A program made the translations under genes and the position numbers. Positions 57,901 through 64,000 of a stretch of DNA of 64,000 nt are shown piece after piece. Position 1 is the first letter of the stretch. Each line of letters begins with the position of its first letter. Under the pieces are notes generated by a model. It was not told where the DNA came from. It ran no database searches and was given only the letters and a program-made list of their open reading frames with translations. Origin of the DNA: an uncultured Spirochaetota bacterium (GTDB lineage: Bacteria > Spirochaetota > Spirochaetia > SZUA-6 > Fen-1364); assembly GCA_963845535.1 (NCBI GenBank), contig CAWJSK010000018.1:96001-160000 (forward strand), given 5' to 3'.

Positions 57901-60544
57901 CCGTTGTCGGCTCATCGAAAAGGAACAACGTCCCGCCGTTCTTCGCCGCGGTGGTGCGGGACAGCGCGAGGTACTCGGCGAGCTTCAGCCGCTGCGCCTC
58001 TCCGCCGCTCAGCGTGGGCACGGGCTGGCCAAGGGACACGTACCCGAGCCCAACGCCGGCGAGCGGCGCCAGCGCGGAGACGATGTCGGGGGCGCCCGCA
58101 AAGAACTGGCATGCCTCACTCACCGTCATGTCCAGGACGTCCGCAATGGACTTCCCCGCGCTTGTCCCTTGGGCCGGCAGCCCGGGGGGCAGGAGAAGGA
58201 CATCAAGGATCTCCTTGCGGTACCTGCGGCCGTCGCAGTCGGGGCAGCGCAGGTACACGTCGCTCAGGAACTGCATCTCGATGTGCTCGAAGCCGCTGCC
58301 GCTGCACGTGGGGCAGCGTCCGTTGCCGGCGTTGAAGCTGAAGGTGCCGGCCGTGTAGTCCCGTTCACGCGCCAAAGGCTCGGCGGCAAAGAGCTTTCTG
58401 ATGCCGTCGAATGCGCCCACGTGGCTGACGGGGTTCGACCGGGCCGTCCTCCCAATGGGGGACTGGTCCACCATGACCACGGAATCCACAAGCTCGTGGC
58501 CGGCGATGGCCCGGTGTCTGCCGGGTGGATCCACCGGTGCATGCTTCAACGCCCGCAAAGCGTTGTAGAACACTTCCTGGATCAACGTGGACTTTCCCGA
58601 CCCGCTGACTCCCGTGACGCAGACCAGCCGGTCCAGCGGGATGTCCACGTCGATGTCCTTGAGGTTGTGCTCCGTCGCGCCCAGGATCCGGATACGCCGG
58701 TCAGGCCGCGCCGGGCCCGTCATTTCCGTTGTCCGGGGAGCGACTTTCTTTTTCCCGCTCAGGTACTGCGCCGTGAGGGAATCTCTGCTTCGCAGGAGCT
58801 CGGAAAGCCCCCCGGAGAAAACGATCCTGCCCCCGCGCTCTCCGGCTCCCGGCCCCATGTCGATCACCATGTCGGCCGCCCGGATGACGTCCGGGTCGTG
58901 CTCGACCACGATGATCGTGTTGCCGCTGTCGCGGAGCCGCTGGAGCACGCCGATGAGCCGGCCAATGTCGCGCGGATGCAGCCCGATGCTGGGCTCGTCC
59001 AGGACGAAAAGAGCGTTCACCAGGGACGTCCCGAGCGCCGTGGTCAGGTTGATCCGCTGCACCTCGCCGCCGCTCAGCGTGCGGGACTGCCGGTCCAGGG
59101 TGAGGTACCCGAGCCCCACGTCCACGAGGTAGCGAAGGCGGGTGCGGATCTCCTGAAGGAGCGTCTTGGTTGCCTCGTCCAGAGGCCCGGGGAGCTCCAG
59201 CGCGTCGAAGAAGGCCAGGCACTCGTCGATGGGCAGGAGCATCACGTCATGGATTGAGAGCTTCTGTTCCCCGACTTTCCAGAGGAGAGCTTCCGGCTTC
59301 AAGCGGGCGCCGCCGCATGACGGACACGGTTGGTAGGCGCGGTAGCGTGAGAGGAGAACCCGGATGTGCATACGATAGCTCTTGGACTCCAGCCATCCGA
59401 AGAAGCGCTTTGCTCCGTACCACACGCCGTCGTCCCAATCCCCCTCCCCGTCGATGACCCACGTACGTTGAGCCTCGGAGAGCTTGCGCCAGGGAACGTC
59501 GAGAGGCACGCCCTTCCTGCGCGCGAACTTCAACAGGTCGGCCTTGACCTCCTTGAAGCTCTCCGTCTCCCACGGCTTCACCGCGCCGCGGGCCAGGCTT
59601 TTCGAGTCATCCGGCACCACGAGACCCCAGTCGATCCCGATCGTGCGGCCGAAACCCCGACAGGTCTCGCAGGCGCCAATGGGCGAGTTGAAGGAGAAGA
59701 GGTTGGGCACGGGATCACGGTAGTGGATGTCGCAGTGCGCGCAGTGAAGGTCCGATGAAAAGCGCATCTGATCGCTTTCCGCATCCTTCTCCAGCTGGTA
59801 CGCGCTGAGGCGGCCCTGTCCGTACTTCAACGCTGCTTCCAGGTCCTCGATGAGCCGCGGCCTGTTCTCCGCGCTGTTGGTGATCCTGTCCTGGATCACT
59901 TCAAGGACGCTGCCTTCCCTGCTGTGGATGCGCGTGTATCCCTGTTTGCCCAGGAGGTCCAGCACCTCTTCCTCCGTGAAGTTGTCAGGCACGCGAACGG
60001 GGAACGTGAGGATCAGGCGCTGGCCTTCGGGAAGCTGGTCGGCAATCGTCTCCGAAGTGTCGCGGCGCACCTCGCGGCCGCAGTTTCCACAGAACAGGCG
60101 TGACGCCCGGGCAAAGAGCAGCTTCAGATGATCGTTCAGCTCGGTCATGGTGCCGACCGTGGATCGCGACGTGCGCACCGGGTTCGTCTGGTCAATGGCG
60201 ATGGCGGGCGGGATGCCTTCAATGCGGTCCACGCGCGGCTTGTCCATGCGGTCCAGGAACTGCCGCGTATAGGACGAGAAGGTTTCCACGTATCTGCGCT
60301 GGCCTTCGGAATAGATCGTATCGAAAGCGAGGGAGGACTTGCCGGACCCGCTCACGCCGGTGACCACGATGAGCTTGCGCAGCGGGATCTTCAGGGAGAG
60401 GTTTTTCAGGTTGTTCTGCTTTGCCCCTTCTATGAGGATGAACTCTCCCGCGCCGGACGGCGCTCTTCTTGCAGAGCTTTTTTTCGCGCTTTGCTTTTTG
60501 CTTTTCTTTGCGGTGGTCGGATCGCTTCGGGCCGTGGTGCTCAT
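54986..60544 (-). CDS. uvrA: Excinuclease ABC subunit A, double-length (two UvrA-like halves fused)
   Basis: Four GVSGSGKS Walker A motifs and four LSGGE signatures; two EGQRRY.E motifs; multiple CxxC zinc modules; about 1850 aa. Confidence 0.93.
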   Translation of the reverse strand: MSTTARSDPTTAKKSKKQSAKKSSARRAPSGAGEFILIEGAKQNNLKNLSLKIPLRKLIVVTGVSGSGKSSLAFDTIYSEGQRRYVETFSSYTRQFLDRMDKPRVDRIEGIPPAIAIDQTNPVRTSRSTVGTMTELNDHLKLLFARASRLFCGNCGREVRRDTSETIADQLPEGQRLILTFPVRVPDNFTEEEVLDLLGKQGYTRIHSREGSVLEVIQDRITNSAENRPRLIEDLEAALKYGQGRLSAYQLEKDAESDQMRFSSDLHCAHCDIHYRDPVPNLFSFNSPIGACETCRGFGRTIGIDWGLVVPDDSKSLARGAVKPWETESFKEVKADLLKFARRKGVPLDVPWRKLSEAQRTWVIDGEGDWDDGVWYGAKRFFGWLESKSYRMHIRVLLSRYRAYQPCPSCGGARLKPEALLWKVGEQKLSIHDVMLLPIDECLAFFDALELPGPLDEATKTLLQEIRTRLRYLVDVGLGYLTLDRQSRTLSGGEVQRINLTTALGTSLVNALFVLDEPSIGLHPRDIGRLIGVLQRLRDSGNTIIVVEHDPDVIRAADMVIDMGPGAGERGGRIVFSGGLSELLRSRDSLTAQYLSGKKKVAPRTTEMTGPARPDRRIRILGATEHNLKDIDVDIPLDRLVCVTGVSGSGKSTLIQEVFYNALRALKHAPVDPPGRHRAIAGHELVDSVVMVDQSPIGRTARSNPVSHVGAFDGIRKLFAAEPLARERDYTAGTFSFNAGNGRCPTCSGSGFEHIEMQFLSDVYLRCPDCDGRRYRKEILDVLLLPPGLPAQGTSAGKSIADVLDMTVSEACQFFAGAPDIVSALAPLAGVGLGYVSLGQPVPTLSGGEAQRLKLAEYLALSRTTAAKNGGTLFLFDEPTTGLHFDDIAVLLGAFRRLVAAGHSVLVIEHNIDVIGAADWIIDLGPEGGESGGRVVCAGTPREVAAFPGSHTGTALRAAGRQARQGGQSKRKVETPEVPATMNGHNAIVIRHAREHNLKNIDLSIPRDKLSVITGVSGSGKSTIAFDILFAEGQRRYLESLNAYARQFVQPAKRPDVDGVYGVPPTVAIEQRTSRGGRKSTVATLTEIYPYLRLLFVKLGTQYCPDCNVPIEPQSMEAILARILKDFRGKRIGVFAPLVTARKGYYTDLAAWAAAKGFKHLRVDGALLSTVPWPRLDRFIEHTIELPVGGDTVRPEREGSLRESLKRGLDFGKGVVRINETVFSTRRACPQCGRSFEELDPRLFSYNSKHGWCPSCYGTGLQLSGFDSDQTGEEIWWNDWWGGPEKACPACNGMRLRPEALAVRFRDRNIADYARLPVQEMEREMKALRLAGREKEIARDIVGEMLSRLEFLQKVGLSYLSLDRSAPTLSGGEAQRIRLASQLGSNLRGVCYILDEPTIGLHARDNDILLDTLHALRLKGNTVVVVEHDEETIRRAEHVVDLGPGGGAAGGYLVAQGSLAAITRSSASLTGKYLRDPPPHPWTGGRATRADGAAIRIRGANLHNLKDLDVEIPLERLVCVTGVSGSGKSTLVREVLYGNLHHLLATVRKRGASGKAALHGCAAVEGWDAVARALEVDQTPIGKTPRSCPATYVGIWDDIRRLFAASSEARMRGYTASRFSFNVAGGRCDECEGQGMKKIEMSFLPDVTVPCDACSGARFNPETLAVKFRGRSVGEILGMSVDEAVPFFSFHTGIRRALELLQQVGLGYLSLGQQSPSLSGGEAQRIKLVTELAKAPTSGDPRRGASTGRTLYVLDEPTIGLHMADVEKLVRVLHRLVDAGNTVVIIEHNLDVIAEADWIIDLGPEGGDQGGEIVAQGPPNQVIRVRSGSHTAAFLGRFLKDRSAQGKASRGG

Positions 60545-60620
60545 TGGCAGAACGGAGATTATTCTCACAAGGGCATGGTTGTTCAAGAGGTCCCCGGGCC
60601 TCCAGCCATCCCAGACTAGA

Positions 60621-60696
60621 CCAATTTGTGCTAAAATTGGCTAAATAATGGCATGGATGGTATATTATTTACAAGAAATGGACCTTTCATAATCCA
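60621..60696. promoter_or_regulatory. AT-rich regulatory region with inverted repeats upstream of the MocR-pdxST operon
   Basis: CCAATTT-N6-AAATTGG (60621-60640), TAAATAAT-N14-ATTATTTA (60642-60671) and TGGA-N10-TCCA (60679-60696). Possible extended -10 TGGTATATT. Confidence 0.55.
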
Positions 60697-60726
60697 GCGC
60701 AAAATACGAATCTTGGAGGCAGGACC

Positions 60727-62205
60727 ATGATCGTAGACGTCGACAGAAACGACTCCACTCCGCTGTACGTCCAGATCAAGGACAGGCTGGCTGAGCTGAT
60801 CCAGAACGGCTTGCTCGTCCCCGGCGCCCGGCTTCCGTCCACGCGTGAGCTGGCGAGCTCCATGGGCGTGAACCGCAACACGGTGATCACCGCCTACCAG
60901 GAATTGGAGGTGGAGGGCCTCGTCTCTTCTCACGTAGGGAGGGGCACCGCGGTGCGCGAGCACCTGCCAGCAAGCGCCGCGGGAGCGCGGCAACAGCATG
61001 CGGAACGCTTGCGCGTGGAGGCGCTGCTCTCTGCCACGTGGCGAAGCACGTATCCGCAGCTTCCGGCGGGAACTGAGCAGCTCCTGGAACCGCCGCAGGA
61101 GGCGGGCACTATTTCGTTTGCCTCCCATGATCCCGAGCTTTCTCTCTTTCCCGTGGATGACTTTGCCGGCTGTATTCAGTCCGCCATGAGGAACTACGGG
61201 GCGGACCTGCTGGCGGCCGGACCGGCCCGCGGGTTCGCCCCGCTGATCGAGTACCTGCCGGGCTTCCTCGCGCGCCGCGGGATTCAATGTACGCCCCGGG
61301 AAGTCATGATCGTCAACGGGATCCAGCAGGCGTTGAGCATCGTCGGGAGGCTATTTGTGGATCCCGGGGACACCGTCCTCCTGGAGAACCTGAGCTACCC
61401 CGGGGCGCTCGGAGTCTTTCGGTCCCTCCAGGCGAGCTGCGTGGGGATTCCCCTGGATGATGACGGCATCAGGGTGGACCTCGTGGAAAGCGTGCTTGCC
61501 CGCAGGAACGCGAAGCTCATCTACACCATCCCTACCTACCACAACCCCACCGGCGCGGTCCTCTCCCCTGAGAGGCGCGAGCGCCTCCTTGCCGTGGCGC
61601 GCGAACGCCAGGTGGTGATTGTGGAGGATGACTACGTGCATGACCTCCCCTTCGACGGACGAGAGGTCCTGCCGCTCAAGGCTCGTGACGTTCATGACGG
61701 GGTCATTTACCTGGGGAGCTTTTCCGAGATACTGTGCCCGGGGATCCGGCTGAGCTGGATCGTGGCGCCGGCAGCCGTCATCGACCGGCTTCTCCTCATC
61801 AAGCAGTTCACGGACCTGTACTCCAACAGGATTCTCCAGGGAGCGCTTCTGGAGTTCTGCCAGAAAGGTTTCCTGGACCGGCACCTCAAGCGCAAGCAGT
61901 CGGTATATAGAAAAAGGCGCGACCTGATGCTGGAGGCCATGAAGGCCCACTTCCCGAGCGAGGCGCGGTGGAAGAAGCCTCGGGGCGGCCTGTTCCAATG
62001 GGTCGACCTGCCCAGAGGCACGGACGCTCTTTCGCTTCTTTTGCGGACGCGGACCCAGGGGGTCCTCTTCGCGCCGGACAGGATCTTCTCAGTGGAGGAA
62101 TGGGAGAGAGCGGGGCTGCGCCTTGGGTTTGCCGGAATTGATGAAGAAAAGATCGAGAAAGGCATAAAGATTCTTGGGGACGCACTGAAGACCAAAGGAG
62201 GGTGA
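60727..62205 (+). CDS. GntR/MocR-family regulator (PdxR-like), wHTH + aminotransferase-like domain
   Basis: PLYVQI..LPSTRELA..GVNRNTV..AY..L wHTH; NPTG, EDDY and GSFSEILCPGIR; directly upstream of pdxS. Confidence 0.9.
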   Translation: MIVDVDRNDSTPLYVQIKDRLAELIQNGLLVPGARLPSTRELASSMGVNRNTVITAYQELEVEGLVSSHVGRGTAVREHLPASAAGARQQHAERLRVEALLSATWRSTYPQLPAGTEQLLEPPQEAGTISFASHDPELSLFPVDDFAGCIQSAMRNYGADLLAAGPARGFAPLIEYLPGFLARRGIQCTPREVMIVNGIQQALSIVGRLFVDPGDTVLLENLSYPGALGVFRSLQASCVGIPLDDDGIRVDLVESVLARRNAKLIYTIPTYHNPTGAVLSPERRERLLAVARERQVVIVEDDYVHDLPFDGREVLPLKARDVHDGVIYLGSFSEILCPGIRLSWIVAPAAVIDRLLLIKQFTDLYSNRILQGALLEFCQKGFLDRHLKRKQSVYRKRRDLMLEAMKAHFPSEARWKKPRGGLFQWVDLPRGTDALSLLLRTRTQGVLFAPDRIFSVEEWERAGLRLGFAGIDEEKIEKGIKILGDALKTKGG

Positions 62206-62208
62206 GAG

Positions 62209-63090
62209 ATGGAGAAATCAACGTTTGCGACAAAGAAGGGCCTTGCTCAGATGCTGAAGGGCGGGGTGATCATGGACGTCGTGACCGCCGACCAGGCGAA
62301 GATTGCCGAGCAGGCCGGCGCGGTTGCCGTCATGGCGCTGGAGCGCGTGCCCGCGGATATCCGTGCCGCCGGCGGCGTTGCCCGCATGAGCGACCCTGCG
62401 CTCATTGAGCAGATCATGGGGGCGGTCAGCATCCCCGTGATGGCCAAGGCGCGCATCGGGCATTTCGTGGAGGCGCAGATCCTGGAAGCCATGGGCGTGG
62501 ACTACGTGGATGAGAGCGAGGTCCTCACCCCGGCCGATGAGGCCCACCACATCGACAAGCATTCATTCAAGATCCCGTTCGTCTGCGGGGCGCGCGACCT
62601 TGGCGAAGCGCTCAGAAGGATCGGGGAAGGGGCGGCGATGATCCGAACCAAGGGGGAGGCCGGCACGGGCAACGTCGTGGAAGCCGTGCGCCACATGCGC
62701 ACCGTGATGGACGAAGTGCGCAGGCTGCGCTCCATGGACAAGACGGAGCTGATGGCGGAGGCGAAGAACCTCGGAGCTCCCTATGACCTCGTGGTCGAAG
62801 TGGCCGAAACGGGAAGGCTACCCGTGGTCAACTTCGCGGCCGGCGGAATTGCCACGCCCGCTGACGCGGCGCTCATGATGCAGCTCGGAGCGGAAGGGAA
62901 CTTTGTTGGTTCGGGAATCTTCAAGTCCGAGGACCCCGAACGGATGGCCCGGGCCATCGTTGAGGCAACCACACACTACCAGGACCCCGCTGTGATCGTC
63001 CGTGTGTCCAAGGGGCTCGGAGCGCCCATGCGCGGCCTTGAAGTGGCGGGCATGGTAAACGGACAGCGCCTGGCCACGCGCGGATGGTAG
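62209..63090 (+). CDS. pdxS: Pyridoxal 5'-phosphate synthase lyase subunit
   Basis: [27 protein letters not shown] and [13 protein letters not shown] motifs; C-terminal RGW. Confidence 0.98.
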   Translation: MEKSTFATKKGLAQMLKGGVIMDVVTADQAKIAEQAGAVAVMALERVPADIRAAGGVARMSDPALIEQIMGAVSIPVMAKARIGHFVEAQILEAMGVDYVDESEVLTPADEAHHIDKHSFKIPFVCGARDLGEALRRIGEGAAMIRTKGEAGTGNVVEAVRHMRTVMDEVRRLRSMDKTELMAEAKNLGAPYDLVVEVAETGRLPVVNFAAGGIATPADAALMMQLGAEGNFVGSGIFKSEDPERMARAIVEATTHYQDPAVIVRVSKGLGAPMRGLEVAGMVNGQRLATRGW

Positions 63091-63105
63091 ATCGGGGACG
63101 GTAGA

Positions 63106-63699
63106 ATGGCGGAACGCATGAAGGTCGGAGTGCTTGCTCTTCAGGGCTCGTTTGCCGAGCACGCGGAAGCCCTGCGCGCCGTGGGGGCCGCCCCCGTCCT
63201 GGTGCGGCTGCCGGCGCACATGGAGGGCATTGGCGGCCTGATCATCCCTGGGGGGGAGAGCACCACCATTGGGAAGCTCCTGGTAAACTCCGGTCTGCTC
63301 GAGCCGCTTCGTTCTGCCGTAAAGAAAGGCATGCCGGTGTACGGGACGTGCGCCGGCATGATCCTCCTGGCCAGAGACATCGGCGGGCTCGACCAGCCCC
63401 TGATTGGCGCCATGGACATCACCGTGAAAAGGAATGCTTTTGGACGGCAGCTTGACAGCTTCGAGGAAAGCTTGAGCGTGCCGTCCCTTGGTCCCGCGCC
63501 GTTTCGCGGGGTGTTCATCCGGGCGCCTCTCATCGAAAAGACGGGCGCCGGCGTCACCGTGCTGGCAAAGCTCTCCGACGGCCGGGTTGTTGCGGCCCGG
63601 CAGGGCAAACTGCTGGCCACCGCGTTTCATCCCGAGCTGACGGATGACGTCAGGATCCATCGGTATTTCCTGGAGATGATCGACGGGCGGGCCGCATAG
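63106..63699 (+). CDS. pdxT: PLP synthase glutaminase subunit
   Basis: GVLALQG, PGGESTT, GTCAG, RNAFGRQ and FHPE motifs. Confidence 0.98.
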   Translation: MAERMKVGVLALQGSFAEHAEALRAVGAAPVLVRLPAHMEGIGGLIIPGGESTTIGKLLVNSGLLEPLRSAVKKGMPVYGTCAGMILLARDIGGLDQPLIGAMDITVKRNAFGRQLDSFEESLSVPSLGPAPFRGVFIRAPLIEKTGAGVTVLAKLSDGRVVAARQGKLLATAFHPELTDDVRIHRYFLEMIDGRAA

Positions 63700-63733
63700 A
63701 GAAAGGCGGGCCGAGCCGCGGGAAAAGGCCGCG

Positions 63734-64000
63734 CTACCTGTCCACCACGTTCCAGTCGATCGTGTAGCCGATGTCAGCGGCCACTTTTTCAACGTCTTCG
63801 TCCGTGTGATACAACATTGGCGCATCCGCCACCTGGGGATTGTCCGCGCTTCCCGCCACTCGTACGCCCTTGTGGTGGCTTGCCGCCAGCTCCTTGAGAG
63901 GGCGCCCGTCAGCTCCCAGCACCTGCACCACGCCGTTGCAGGCGCACACGTACGTGCTCGAAGGGCTTTCCACTTTCACGAAGAAGCTCGTTCCGCGGAC
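63734..64000 (-). CDS. C-terminal part of a probable FecR-domain protein (5' end lies outside the window)
   Basis: The frame is open to the window edge and reads VRGTSFFVKV...YVCACNG; VRGTxF is typical of FecR domains. Confidence 0.55.
   Translation of the reverse strand, partial: VRGTSFFVKVESPSSTYVCACNGVVQVLGADGRPLKELAASHHKGVRVAGSADNPQVADAPMLYHTDEDVEKVAADIGYTIDWNVVDR

Noticed and set aside
1..64000. Many long antisense or alternate-frame ORFs (e.g. 2149-3420+, 9639-11384+, 14054-15436-, 55472-57040+, 57836-59257+)
   Set aside because: They are shadows of well-supported genes in high-GC DNA and carry no recognisable motifs.
1..64000. CRISPR array, tRNA, rRNA, intact IS or prophage
   Set aside because: No repeat-spacer pattern, cloverleaf, transposase or phage structural gene was recognised by eye. 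A dedicated scan was not possible.

Overview
GC-rich bacterial chromosomal window. The taxon cannot be fixed from sequence alone; the dCache MCPs and FecR-like gene have a Spirochaetia-like style, which is only an impression. Contents from left to right: (1) a small, more AT-rich island edge with a degenerate tyrosine-recombinase fragment and a two-gene small protein + nucleotidyltransferase cassette; (2) DinB, amtB, and an ECF42-type sigma factor with its DGPF/YCII partner; (3) a large nitrogen-scavenging region with reductive pyrimidine degradation (preT-preA-hydA), methionine synthesis (metE, yitJ-like), a WtpABC-type Mo/W transporter, a fused xanthine dehydrogenase plus M20 hydrolase, and an oxidative urate-allantoin operon (allE, ilvC-like, allC-like, uraD, pucL, uraH, allB, followed by DUF3311 + SSS transporter); (4) signalling genes (two GGDEF proteins, two MCPs, three PAS histidine kinases, response regulators) and an uncharacterised ABC-ATPase/G3E-GTPase/Fe-S triad; (5) a radical SAM/SPASM protein, a double-length UvrA and a MocR regulator with pdxS-pdxT. 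The strongest novelty candidate is a ketol-acid reductoisomerase (KARI) paralogue with a remodelled active site, sitting where the purine pathway lacks a ureidoglycolate-processing enzyme. Five +1 frameshifts in four genes look like sequencing or assembly indels. No rRNA, tRNA or CRISPR array was seen.
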